Source: Trichomonas gallinae (Eukaryota). From it: a stretch of DNA of 48,231 bases. The stretch spans positions 1 to 48,231 of the forward strand of contig MRSU01003185.1 in NCBI GenBank assembly GCA_008369845.1, in the 5' to 3' direction. Positions within the stretch are counted from its first letter, which is position 1; each line of letters begins with the position of its first letter. The notes beneath the pieces are model-generated. The model was not told the origin of the DNA. It did not search any database and saw nothing but the letters and a program-made list of their open reading frames with translations. Both the position numbers and the translations under genes were made by a program. Positions 1-11,270 of the stretch are shown one piece after another.

Positions 1-222
<222 letters not shown>

Positions 223-609
223 ACTATTATTGTCTTGTTCTTAATTACTTACTTTTTTTTTCTTATTTTCTAAACTAAATCATTTTGATCAAATATTTTT
301 CTAATCTAATAAAATAAAGAAATTTATTTGATGAGATATAACAGTCAGCCAATAGATAATAAGTTCTATTGGTTAGTTTTTGATATAAAGAGATATTTCA
401 AATACGATGGAATATCAACGATCAAAGTCATTAAAGAATCAAAGGATGGAGAAGCTTCGCCGTTGATATATTGATTCCCAAAGATTTAGCTGATGAATTT
501 TGATTTTTCAAAATTTTTAAAAATCATTAGACATGTAAAATATTTTACATATCAAAAATAAATTTACGTGTCATGTGATGTCAGATTTTTTACTAGTCAA
601 ATTTTTTCG

Positions 610-1896
610 ATGTCTAATCTACCTTTAATGCTTCAAAATGACGATATCCTTAATATGGAACGTTATATTAAGGGCTCAATACGAAGATTGAAGGAGGATA
701 GACCGAATTTATTTGATACATTTTTTATCAATTGGGAAAATTCATATGATCCTGATGCAATACATGAAGATGACATAAAATGGTGTCCTTCGATATGTTC
801 ACCATATATTTTTCTCGATCCTGGAGCAGTTACGAAATATTTAGATTTAAATTACCCAAGAGAAGCATCTAAAGAAGATTTAGACACATTATCAGCTATG
901 GTAGACTGTTTTGTCAATGAATCACATGATTATTGGTACTACATCAAAATGTTTCTCGAATTCAGATCCGAAGAAGTCCAAGAGAACTTAATTACCCCAT
1001 TTAATGACGAAATTATCCAAATAACAGACATCCCTGTTGACGAACTTGAAGTGCTTTTCCATACATTCCAAAAGCAGCAAAAACATGATTTAGAAGAATA
1101 CGCTGAATTCTACAAACAACTGTACCATCGCATGAAATTCATGCTATCTACAGCATGGCTAGACAGATATCACAATGATTTACTTAAAAAAACAATTAAA
1201 AAATTGCCGAAGCAAGAACTCGCTAAATTCGACGAAGGTGATGTAAGTTTTCTTACTAAAACGCAAAGAAAGTATAAACAGAGAATGTTGATGCAAGAAA
1301 ATGGCCAGAAAATGCTAAATAGATTTGTAAAAAGATATTACGATGCTAGAAGGCATATTCAGACAGAACGCACGACAAAACTCATGCCACAACTATCAAT
1401 TGAAGGCATGCAGTATTGGGGTGATGAAGAAATCAGCTTTTCAGACGTAATTCAATTAAAACTCAAAATTAAAGACGGAAACATGGTAATTCCAGACTAC
1501 GATGCTGTTGTTTACATGGGACATGACTGGAATGCACGTAATAGACAGATGTTCGACTTAAAACATCCTCCGCCGAAATCAATTCGCGGCTACTGCTTCA
1601 GGATCTACTATCCAGCACTCGCCGACAAGGTATGCAGCCCTCCTAGATACAGGCTATGCCCAGAATATCTAGATCCTAAAGAACCAGTTCCTGATCCTAA
1701 TTATAAATATACAGCAATTATATTTGAAGCAGAAAAACCATATCTACCCATTTGCTTTAGGATTGTTGATAAGCAGTGGGATGTTATGAGAACTGGAGGT
1801 GTAAGAAGCTCTTTCATCAAAGGAGTTTTCACTTTCCAAATCTCATTCATCGCTTCTTTGTATTACAGAGGCTATTTACCAGAACAACTGTATTAA
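610..1896 (+). CDS. CACTIN: Cactin homolog (spliceosome-associated factor)
   Basis: C-terminal GHDWN..FDLKHPPPKSIRGYCFRIYYP..L.DK...P.Y...FEAEKPYLPICFRIVDKQWD...G.RSSFIKGVF matches the cactin C-terminal domain pattern (GFEWN..YD.DNPPPK.VQGYKFNIFYPDL...FHAGPPYEDIAFKIVNREW). First ATG at 610. Confidence 0.85.
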   Translation: MSNLPLMLQNDDILNMERYIKGSIRRLKEDRPNLFDTFFINWENSYDPDAIHEDDIKWCPSICSPYIFLDPGAVTKYLDLNYPREASKEDLDTLSAMVDCFVNESHDYWYYIKMFLEFRSEEVQENLITPFNDEIIQITDIPVDELEVLFHTFQKQQKHDLEEYAEFYKQLYHRMKFMLSTAWLDRYHNDLLKKTIKKLPKQELAKFDEGDVSFLTKTQRKYKQRMLMQENGQKMLNRFVKRYYDARRHIQTERTTKLMPQLSIEGMQYWGDEEISFSDVIQLKLKIKDGNMVIPDYDAVVYMGHDWNARNRQMFDLKHPPPKSIRGYCFRIYYPALADKVCSPPRYRLCPEYLDPKEPVPDPNYKYTAIIFEAEKPYLPICFRIVDKQWDVMRTGGVRSSFIKGVFTFQISFIASLYYRGYLPEQLY

Positions 1897-2111
1897 AATA
1901 TATTATTTGTGTATTGTTTTTCAATAACTTTGCAAATTTTTTACAAATTTTTTATATCAAAATTTAAAAAATGATTTTAAAGCCAAAATATTTATATAAC
2001 CAATAAATATAGCTATAAAATATTTAAAAATTATATCAAAATTATTACATTTCTAATATTAAATTTCTTAATATAATAAAAACACAACAATAACAAAAAT
2101 AAATAATAATA

Positions 2112-3491
2112 TTAAACGGTTTCCATTGGCTTTAAGTCTTGAAGAGTTTCATTTTCTTGCTCTTCTTCGTCTTCCTCTTCTTCTTCATTTTCTTGGTTCA
2201 TTACCAAAGAATTTGCTTTATCTGCTTCATTTTCTTGTAATGATTCATAACCTAGCTCATTCTGTTTGAATATGTACCATGTTGTTAAAAAATTCTGCAA
2301 AAAATAGAAAATTGGCTCAAAAAGAAGGCCAACGTGGTATCTGTTCTTTGTCTGCCACATTGTGTAGTCCATTCTCATTATTGTATATACAAGTGCTACG
2401 AATATATAAATTAAAAGGTTTGTTACCGTGAGATTCAAATAAATTTGTTTTTTGAGCTCTGTATTTGTATCTTGCGGTGTATAGTTGTAATATATGAACA
2501 AGAAAACTGTGTACATTCCAACAATAGCAATGAATAATGCAGGGGAAAAGAATCCGTAGCCTAAATTCCAATTTCCAGTTTCGATTTGAGATACATTAAT
2601 AATTCCTTGTACATCTGATATAAATGGATATAGTATTATCAGACAAAAGGCTCCAATCCAGTTTTTAGACACTTCAAATGGTTGTCTGAACGTATTAAAG
2701 ACAACATATGCAAGCATTGCACGAGAAACTGCAACAGCATCACCAGCAAGGAACAGAAGATAATGATGGCGAATTGTGCTTAAATTCCAAATTTTATAAA
2801 ATATTATATTAAGTAAACTCGAAATCATGTAAGCTCCATATGAGTATAAGATACACATATGATCAAATGATAAATCTGGGCATCTTTTTGAGATTAAAAT
2901 ATATGATCCAATTAATGCAGCGAGACTAATAATAAAGAATGCAATGTATGAATTCATTACACACTTGAGTCTGAAATCAAGCGCATTTGATGACTTATAT
3001 TCGATAGCTCCGGAAAATGAAATATTTCCTTCAGCGCAATTTGCAATTAAAGCTGTGTAAATGTCGGATGTATTGATTTTATATGGTTCTGAGTTGTTTA
3101 AAAACGTAATTTGATCGAATTTCTTTGTTTTTTTCTTTTTTGCGGCTATTTGATCAGCATTGTTGTCACACGTTCCAAAACTGATGTATCTAGTTAATTT
3201 ATCGGTTTTTTGAGAAAGTAAAAAGCCTCGTGAACATTCACGACTATCGCAACAGAATGGTTGATAATTGTTATCAATACTGAATACAGACTTTCTGTCT
3301 GACTCTTTGAAAATAAGTATTTCGAGATAATCTGAAGGAGAACAGCCTTTCACAACAATATTATTGTGAATTTCGCCATTATCTGTAAAAATAAACCTTT
3401 CTTCTCTCCACTGAGAGATAAATAGTTCTTTTGATGCTGGAAATAGATGATTTTTAGTAACAGAAAACCATCTAAACAGCAATGCAAACAT
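2112..3491 (-). CDS. Seven-TM GOST-family (GPR107/GPR108/TMEM87-like) membrane protein
   Basis: Signal-like N-terminus (MFALLFRWFSVT), lumenal domain with FCC..C motif, about 6-7 hydrophobic helices, acidic cytoplasmic tail. ATG at 3491. Confidence 0.55.
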   Translation of the reverse strand: MFALLFRWFSVTKNHLFPASKELFISQWREERFIFTDNGEIHNNIVVKGCSPSDYLEILIFKESDRKSVFSIDNNYQPFCCDSRECSRGFLLSQKTDKLTRYISFGTCDNNADQIAAKKKKTKKFDQITFLNNSEPYKINTSDIYTALIANCAEGNISFSGAIEYKSSNALDFRLKCVMNSYIAFFIISLAALIGSYILISKRCPDLSFDHMCILYSYGAYMISSLLNIIFYKIWNLSTIRHHYLLFLAGDAVAVSRAMLAYVVFNTFRQPFEVSKNWIGAFCLIILYPFISDVQGIINVSQIETGNWNLGYGFFSPALFIAIVGMYTVFLFIYYNYTPQDTNTELKKQIYLNLTVTNLLIYIFVALVYTIMRMDYTMWQTKNRYHVGLLFEPIFYFLQNFLTTWYIFKQNELGYESLQENEADKANSLVMNQENEEEEEDEEEQENETLQDLKPMETV

Positions 3492-3742
3492 TTTTGACAA
3501 AAGTCAGATTTCTCACATTTTACACGACAAATTTAATTTTACAAGACAAAATTATTTCTAAATTTTACATGGCGTTTTTATTATTTATTTGTCAAAAATT
3601 TCAATAATTATTATGCTTATTTATGAATCCATTGAACTGGATTTAATGACAATTGATGTGTACTGACTTGAAAATGACTAGAATCCAATTATCAAAAAAA
3701 TTCAATTAATTATGGTCATCATTTATGCTATAGTTAAGATAA

Positions 3743-5125
3743 ATGGATAAATGGATAAGTCAATTTTCATTTAACGTTAAGGATTTGATAGGTGACTATA
3801 AGCAGCCAGACGAAGAAGAACTTCCGAATACTGATGGAATAATAATACGCGAAAATGAGGATGTAGAATCGAGAATATTATCTTTAATTCATGAGTTTGT
3901 GAACACTGATGATAATGATGATAATATAATTAAATATCTGGCTGAAATACTTTCACAGTTCGACATAAAAAAGCTTTCAAATCCAAGGATATTCACTATA
4001 GAAGGGTTTCATTTGAAATTACTCGCAAGATTAAAATTAGGAACTGTAAACAAAGATTTCATTAGACTATTATCAATTGTTACGAAAGAAGATTACATTG
4101 CATACGAATTAGTAGAGAATGGAATTCTATCAATGATAAATGCTTTAATTTCAGGGAAAAAAGACTTTGATATACTAAATTTGCTACTAGATACCCTACT
4201 GAACTCTATCAACTACTTACATCAAATCGATCCTTTATGTATTGCTTCAATTGATTTTTCTATTTTACCAACAGTTCTATTTCCAGTACACTGCTTGAAA
4301 TTTATGTGCCAGCTATCCAAATATGCAAAAGACACAGTTCCAGCGTTTAAAATCATCAATTTTTCACTCTCGTTTGAATCACGAAATTTCGAAATTTGTT
4401 ATTATTATATGTGGATAGCTTATTATTTAATCACCAATAATTTGAAAAACATCGATGTTTGCAAGGCAATTATTGTATTTGAAAGCCAGGATTCTTTAAT
4501 TCCGCGATCATTAAAATTTGTTGATCCAGATCATGGCGAAATTATTCCACCATATATACAGATAGTCATTCGTCTTCTCCAATCCAATCTTAATTTAGCT
4601 GATATATCATCAATAATAATATTTAATTTATTTTTAGATATTTTAAGTCCTGACCATCCCAATACTATCTTAACCATACAAGCAATTTATATGTTGGCAA
4701 AACGAAGCTTAATTAATCAATCTTTCTTTAATGACGAAAGATTCGTAAATGGTATTATTGGGAATCTAACACAGAACGATTTCAGAACCAAATTGTCATG
4801 TTTGAAACTTTTAGCGTTAATTTTGCCAAGTTGTCCAATAGAATTTTGTTTTTTAATTATTGATGAAGCTTTTAACGAAATTGCTGATTTAGCAGAGGTA
4901 AATCAAGACTCAAGCATCATTCCTTATGATGTAATAGATATTTTGCTTAGACGCACAATTCAAACCGATTATCAGCCAAAATTTTTAGAAATTCTAGAAG
5001 AAATCGAATATCATGAACTATTAGATGAAGCATCGTCTATGGCTATGTACGAAATCCAAATTTGTCAATATACCAAAAATTATGAAGATGCAGTTGATAA
5101 TTGGAAACAAAGCCAATCAATTTAA
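3743..5125 (+). CDS. Hypothetical protein, probably an alpha-helical ARM/HEAT-like solenoid
   Basis: 460-aa ORF with ATG start, TCATTT Inr-like motif at about 3719, Leu/Ile-rich amphipathic helices. Confidence 0.7.
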   Translation: MDKWISQFSFNVKDLIGDYKQPDEEELPNTDGIIIRENEDVESRILSLIHEFVNTDDNDDNIIKYLAEILSQFDIKKLSNPRIFTIEGFHLKLLARLKLGTVNKDFIRLLSIVTKEDYIAYELVENGILSMINALISGKKDFDILNLLLDTLLNSINYLHQIDPLCIASIDFSILPTVLFPVHCLKFMCQLSKYAKDTVPAFKIINFSLSFESRNFEICYYYMWIAYYLITNNLKNIDVCKAIIVFESQDSLIPRSLKFVDPDHGEIIPPYIQIVIRLLQSNLNLADISSIIIFNLFLDILSPDHPNTILTIQAIYMLAKRSLINQSFFNDERFVNGIIGNLTQNDFRTKLSCLKLLALILPSCPIEFCFLIIDEAFNEIADLAEVNQDSSIIPYDVIDILLRRTIQTDYQPKFLEILEEIEYHELLDEASSMAMYEIQICQYTKNYEDAVDNWKQSQSI

Positions 5126-5550
5126 CTAATACTATCATAAATATCTATCAAATCTTGTCTAGAATTTGATTGAATTAAGATTTGATTAATCTTTAGATCC
5201 TTTGAAACAATACTTAGGTAATTTACACTAACTATTTGAATATTTATATAGGATTCAGTCAAAGAACAGGTTTACATTTTATCCAAATTTTGATAAAATA
5301 TTTATTCAGTAGTTAGACAGAATGAACAATGGCAATCATCTAATTGATGAAATTATTGTATATCCTTTATTACCTAAGCGAATTTAAAATTCAATTAAGT
5401 TGATCAATAATTATGGATAAAATAGATAAGTTGGTATTCAATTTCGTTGAAAATTTGGAGAAATTTTGAATTCGAATATGACGGTAAATGGTTGCCAAAT
5501 GGATATAATTTGTCAGATCCAAATGTCAATTTGCCGTCAATTTGCCAAAA

Positions 5551-5991
5551 ATGTTTTTTGTTTTTTCTTATATGAGTTCAAGTAGAGCTTTCAAATGCTT
5601 GAATACCAAGGCATGGCTCATGGATCATCCAGAATGCTGGAATCAACCAGGTAAAACTGTTACCGGTCGCCTTCCAGATTTTTATTTTAGTTCGGAGAAT
5701 GCTGATCAGGATCATGTTAAATCTTGGCTATTAGACCATGCAGAGCTCTGGGAAAAAGGCAGTAAGCATTCTCATCAAAAAACAAAATCCAAAAAATCAG
5801 AAACAAACTTAGAATGCAAGCGCGATAAATACTGGCTGATGAATCATCCTGAATGCTGGGGCAAAGTACAGCCAAATAAAAACGACCGAATTGAAATTAA
5901 ACCATTGAAAGCCAGAAATGGAGAGTGTAAGAGTGATAAATACTGGCTGATGAATCATCCCGAATGCTGGGGCAAAGTCCAACCAAGATGA
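5551..5991 (+). CDS. Small putatively secreted repeat protein with four WL-x2-H-x-E-x-W units
   Basis: MFFVFSYMSSSRA hydrophobic leader, then four repeats. Units 3 and 4 are near-identical at DNA level (5824 vs 5935, 111-nt period). Confidence 0.8.
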   Translation: MFFVFSYMSSSRAFKCLNTKAWLMDHPECWNQPGKTVTGRLPDFYFSSENADQDHVKSWLLDHAELWEKGSKHSHQKTKSKKSETNLECKRDKYWLMNHPECWGKVQPNKNDRIEIKPLKARNGECKSDKYWLMNHPECWGKVQPR

Positions 5992-6296
5992 AGCCTTAAT
6001 AATAAACATTTAAATGTTGATTAAATATTTATTCATTTAATCAAAATATGAGATTTAGATCTTTCATTATACAAATAACAATCATGTGTAAAGAGTATAT
6101 TATTCTATATTCTACTCAATTCGATATATTTTAAATGAATTAAAAATATTAAGTTAATTGCTGCTTTGTTTTGTGTAGAAACATGACTACTATAACCATA
6201 AGCTGCATTTCCAAGTCATATCTATCCACAACAATGAAGAAATAAAATTATAAAAAAATTTCTTCTAAAAAATAAAATTATTAGAGTTAAAAACTT

Positions 6297-7067
6297 TTAT
6301 TTGCGGCATATATTTTGAGCGTTCTCATAAAGAGTCTTAGCTGATAACTGGAATCCATTTGCAAGAATTCCTTGGAGTTTGGCCTTAACTGAGGCAGCAT
6401 TATCAGCATTAACGCCATATGGGTACTTCTCGGCATCAATATTAGCAATAGAAGCCTCAATAATTGGCCGGAAAATTGTAACAAGATCATCGCTAGATGT
6501 AGTCAAGGCTGCTGGAATGAGTGCAAACTGAATTGATGAAATAACATCAGCATTATCAAGAACATCGGAAGATGTCGCATCTGATATTTCGTTATTAACA
6601 ATAGATGAAGTATAGCTGAATCTCTTAAATCCATCGAATTCTGTTGCAACACTCATATCTTTGACTTGATAGTAATCACCTTTTGCATTTGACTTTGGTG
6701 TAAATATTTTTGCAACGAATGAGAATTTCTTATCTTCTGGTGAATAAACGCATGAGTACATGTAAGCTGGTTCTTTGTTAAGCCAGAATTGTGTAGATTT
6801 TAATTGTTCGTATTGTGTAAGAATAGAATCGACTTGATCTTTGAGAAGCTTTGGGTACATATTCGGGATTTTGCTTATTGTTCTTTCAACATACAGTTCC
6901 ATTTTAGCAGCTCCAATGTTGTTTGTTGAAGTACTGATAGAATTTGAGATTTTCTGGAATCCTTCGACATTGTCGCCTGTGCAAACAGGGAGTTTTGTGT
7001 CAGTGAAGAATTTGTTACCTTTATTAACGAGTTCGTATATTGCAGCAACAATAAGAAGAGACGACAT
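6297..7067 (-). CDS. Hypothetical protein, 256 aa
   Basis: ATG after an A-run, coding-like composition, short hydrophobic N-terminus, stop in TAAA. No recognisable domain. Confidence 0.75.
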   Translation of the reverse strand: MSSLLIVAAIYELVNKGNKFFTDTKLPVCTGDNVEGFQKISNSISTSTNNIGAAKMELYVERTISKIPNMYPKLLKDQVDSILTQYEQLKSTQFWLNKEPAYMYSCVYSPEDKKFSFVAKIFTPKSNAKGDYYQVKDMSVATEFDGFKRFSYTSSIVNNEISDATSSDVLDNADVISSIQFALIPAALTTSSDDLVTIFRPIIEASIANIDAEKYPYGVNADNAASVKAKLQGILANGFQLSAKTLYENAQNICRK

Positions 7068-8048
7068 TTTTTTTTTTGATTGTCAAAATGACAAATTTTC
7101 AATTATGAAAAATTTATCATTAGATATGATATAGGGAAGCGAAATATCACAAAATCTTTTTGACTTATAATAAATTTTATTTTTAAAATGAAATCACATA
7201 TCTATACAATATTATATGCCTAAATAATATAAAATTAAACAAATCTTCCGAAAAATTTTAAAATTTTACATGTCAAAATGACAAACATATATTTTCATCT
7301 ATATTTTTCCCTATAATATATACATAAAAATAATTTCACTTTTCTCAATATATTATTAATGTAATATTGATTTTTAAAAATATATTATCTTATCAAAATG
7401 ATCAATTTCATCATGACCAAGCCTTTGTTATGCTTAGATTATCGATTATCTGAGAAAATATAGAATCCAAACATATGAACTAATGAAATTCAATTAATGT
7501 TATTTTGATATGTTAAGTATAGATCCTTATCTTTCATCAAATATTATCTATAAAGCATTATATAGGACTACACTATCCACAGATATGTTGACATCCATTA
7601 GCTTTGTTATTTCGATCTTCTTCAAGGAAAACACCGATTTCATATTTTATGAATAGATCCCATTAATGATTTTGAATTAGTTTTAGGAAACAATTTTCTC
7701 CAAATCACATTGTGAACAAAGAAAATCAAGATATTCATTAAAAAAAGCTAATTAACTTTATGAATGTTATTAAAAACAACCTATTAACCTGGATTTTTAT
7801 TCAAAAATAGTCATTGTAAAAGATTTCATTTTCAAAATTTATTTTTCTATCGAATTCAGCAGTTTTCAACTGTGAAATGATCTAGACAAATCATGTGTTA
7901 ATGATGGATAAAATTAGTTTTACAAATTTTGTGTTATCACAAAATTACAAACGCCATCATGCCATTTTTTGATGATAAATCTATTGGTATACACATAAAC
8001 AATCCAAATCACGAATAAAAAGAAACAAAATGTCAACACATTTATTTG

Positions 8049-10049
8049 ATGTCAACAAAACCTGTGATTTACGTAACCTGCAAAGGGAAAAATCAGAATA
8101 TCGAGCCAATGATGATTAAGCTCTCCAGGTCGCTTAAGACTATCATGGAGGATGCCGCCGCTGTTCTTTCTAGGCCTCCAATAAAATGTTTATATGATAA
8201 AGACATGAATTTGATTACAGACGTCAAGCAGATCAGCCCTGGTGACTTGGTGATTTGCTCAATACTTCCAGCTGATCAGCAGAAGATCATGCAGCCGAAT
8301 AAATTTAATTTTACTGGTCTAGGCAATGCTTCGCCAAAAGGAGGCAAGCAATACGATTCTGATGATAGAGCGCCTTCACCAACGAGAAATGAAAAGTCGC
8401 CTTCGCGAAATTCTCGAGCAAGCCCCGAAAAGTCGCCACAGCGCCTTGGATCACCATCCCGAGCGGAAAGATCACCGCATGGAAGACAAAGCCCATCTTA
8501 TCAATCAAAATTCGATGAAGATTATCAAGAAGAACAAATTATGCCGAGAAAAGAGAAGAATACATCAGGATATGGGTCTAAAGGCTCAGCTTCGAAGTCA
8601 AACATTCCTTTACCACCAGATAACAATTATACTCCGAAAATCCCACAATCAAGCTCGTCAGCTGAATATCCACAACATTTATCCGATGTTGATGTCAATT
8701 ACAGAGATATACAGGCGAATTCACGCCATAATGAAAATAATGATCTTGAATACGATCCAAACAATGCTCCAGACAACGTTTCCGTCCAATCCAAGAAGAA
8801 AGACGCCGATGCGAGGTCAGTCACAGCAAAATTACGCTTAACTCGTGAAATGTTGACAAATGATGCAGAAAGAATCGAAGAAGCATCAGATATCAACATT
8901 ATGAAGCAGCTTTGCCAATTAGTTGGCGAAATTCCCGAACATTCTCAAGACTTGGACAAAGAAGCTCTTAAGATTCTCAGAGAACATACTTTCGTGACTC
9001 CTGTGAAGCCTGCTGGTTATTCTTTTACCGGTAGAGTTGCTATTGTTGGTCCAAAACAGTCAGGAAAGTCAACATTCATGAAAATTCTTTCAACGAAATA
9101 TATTCAATTATTAAATACGATGAAATTGAAGAAGAGAACAGCAGTTTTCATTTACGACTTCGATAATTTCAAGAAATCAACAAAGAATATCTTCGAATTC
9201 TACGGAAAATTCGTTCAATCTTCGATTTTACAACTTGCTGAGCAATATCCGCTCCTCAAAATGCATCCACAGAGAAAGGATGCTGAAGATTCGACACACA
9301 GTACGGACAAAACTCCAATATTAGATGAATTAATTCGTGCATTTAATCAATTCACGAGAAACGAGCAATTCAAGCCATTAAGTCATCAAAAATTCAAATA
9401 TGTTCCATTTGATTCATTTTACACAGATATTAACGCATTAGTTGTGAATATCCAAGATTCATTAACAAAACCAAACGGAATTGGCGAATTCTTAACTGCA
9501 ACATTCCTCCTCCCAAGCAATCTCGCATATATCCTTGGTTACAGCAACGTCCACTTCATTATTGATCATCTCGAAGCATTAGATGTTGATGTAAAGCCAA
9601 GATCGCCATTCGCAACAAAGGAGAATGTCTCTCTTATTAATTACATCAACAATTTGCTATCAGATACCTCATATTTCATCAGTTGCACCGAAGAAGAAAA
9701 ACTTTTCGCGATTTTGGACGCTTTAGAGCTGAGAATGACTACAGAGATCAAATCAGTCATCGGATTAGTATCAGACCAAAGCGACCTCAAAGACGTCAAG
9801 CTCGAACTCGATGATGGATCGAAAGTAACACTCCTCTTCAGTTACTGCGGAGGCTGCAGCGGGTATATATCGAAGTGGCAGGATTTCGCTAAATTATCAG
9901 CGAGTTTCAAGCCTAAAGGGAAGCCGACGCTTTCCGAAGAAAAGAACAGACTCAAACTCAGATCTATTCTTAATGATTTGATTTCGATTCTCTTCGCTGA
10001 CTGCGAACGTTCAGTTGTTAACTTTACTGTATCTAATGATAAGAAATAA
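8049..10049 (+). CDS. Protein with N-terminal doublecortin/KHA-like domain, SP-rich linker and P-loop NTPase domain
   Basis: N-terminal ..RSLKTIMEDA...IKCLYDKD..LITDVKQISPGD.VICS; S/P/R-rich linker; Walker A VAIVGPKQSGKST; possible Walker B HFIIDHLE. Confidence 0.6.
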   Translation: MSTKPVIYVTCKGKNQNIEPMMIKLSRSLKTIMEDAAAVLSRPPIKCLYDKDMNLITDVKQISPGDLVICSILPADQQKIMQPNKFNFTGLGNASPKGGKQYDSDDRAPSPTRNEKSPSRNSRASPEKSPQRLGSPSRAERSPHGRQSPSYQSKFDEDYQEEQIMPRKEKNTSGYGSKGSASKSNIPLPPDNNYTPKIPQSSSSAEYPQHLSDVDVNYRDIQANSRHNENNDLEYDPNNAPDNVSVQSKKKDADARSVTAKLRLTREMLTNDAERIEEASDINIMKQLCQLVGEIPEHSQDLDKEALKILREHTFVTPVKPAGYSFTGRVAIVGPKQSGKSTFMKILSTKYIQLLNTMKLKKRTAVFIYDFDNFKKSTKNIFEFYGKFVQSSILQLAEQYPLLKMHPQRKDAEDSTHSTDKTPILDELIRAFNQFTRNEQFKPLSHQKFKYVPFDSFYTDINALVVNIQDSLTKPNGIGEFLTATFLLPSNLAYILGYSNVHFIIDHLEALDVDVKPRSPFATKENVSLINYINNLLSDTSYFISCTEEEKLFAILDALELRMTTEIKSVIGLVSDQSDLKDVKLELDDGSKVTLLFSYCGGCSGYISKWQDFAKLSASFKPKGKPTLSEEKNRLKLRSILNDLISILFADCERSVVNFTVSNDKK

Positions 10050-10634
10050 TTAAAATTATTGTTTTTCGTCAATTTTTACCTATAACAATGCGATCTTTTT
10101 AATTAATTCATAGCTTAGAGAAGATCTGCAACAAATGAAATAGATTGATAATATTCCAAAGATAGTAAGAGAAAAAGTATATGAGGATGCGATTCAAGCC
10201 TTAATATTATATGCATGCTTGTGATATATCTATGTCATATATCAGATTGATTCTAGAACACATTTAACTATGTTAAATAACATTGATATTAATGATAAGA
10301 ACGAGAATTAGTTAAACAAGTTCAACATGAAGTTATAATTCTTCATAGAAAGTACAAGTTTATAACTAAGAATCCGATTATCATATGAATTTTTAATTTT
10401 AATCTGATATCATATCAATATCAAAATTAAGTTAAAATTTCATATGTTCTAGTCATTGAAAAATGAATTTCAAATAAATAATAATGATAAAAATTGAATA
10501 AAAAAATGATAAAATAATTTTTGGCAAGAAAAGGGTAATTTTTTGATATTATAATTTTATCACAGTAGTTTTGTGTTCAAGACAATGAAAGATTTAAAAT
10601 AATAAAGTTAGTAAAATACGCTAATATCGAAATT

Positions 10635-11228
10635 TCAGCAGCAGCCACCTTTCTTACCCTCATTACTGTTTGGAGTGAGATCAACAGTTGGCTGATTGGA
10701 CTGATAGACCATTGTGCAGCATTTAGCGGCTTCATTGAATAATTCTTGAACGCCGTTCTTTTTGTTGGCAGAAGTTATGCAATGCATATATGCTTCCTGC
10801 TCTTCTACGAGTTTCTGTCCTTTTTCTTTAACTTTGAGAAGCTGTTCAGGTGTCAATGTATCAGACTTCGTGCTTACGAGGAAGATGATGCAGTCTGGAA
10901 CTTCCGATCTGACTCTCTCGACCCAGCTCGGGACAGTGTCCTCGGTTGATGCATCGTAACAAACGAAAGCAATGTGTGAATCGCGATAAAACATTTGGGA
11001 AATCGCCTGGAATCTCTCCTGGCCTGCGGTATCCCATATCTGAAGTTCAACACGTGTTCCGCCTGGAAGATTTATCGTCGCATTGCAAGAAGCTGGAGCA
11101 ACAGTAGGAAGGGCTTGAAGATCGAAGGGATTTTCGAAGTACGCGCTGACTAAACTGGTCTTACCGACGCCGCTCGAGCCAACAAGAATGACTTTCATCG
11201 CATAAGCGTGGGCAGATGATTTGTACAT
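10635..11228 (-). CDS. Rab-family small GTPase
   Basis: GSSGVGKT, LQIWDTAGQERF, MFYRD, TKSD, TSA, C-terminal GGCC prenylation motif. Confidence 0.95.
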   Translation of the reverse strand: MYKSSAHAYAMKVILVGSSGVGKTSLVSAYFENPFDLQALPTVAPASCNATINLPGGTRVELQIWDTAGQERFQAISQMFYRDSHIAFVCYDASTEDTVPSWVERVRSEVPDCIIFLVSTKSDTLTPEQLLKVKEKGQKLVEEQEAYMHCITSANKKNGVQELFNEAAKCCTMVYQSNQPTVDLTPNSNEGKKGGCC

Positions 11229-11270
11229 TTATTGGATATTGTCACTTTTTCGAAATGTAAAAAATTGATT

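Noticed and set aside
10140..10400. Faint ankyrin-like words in spacers (IDINDKNEN here; DENGIT near 40420)
   Set aside because: Single short motifs amid stop codons; insufficient evidence.
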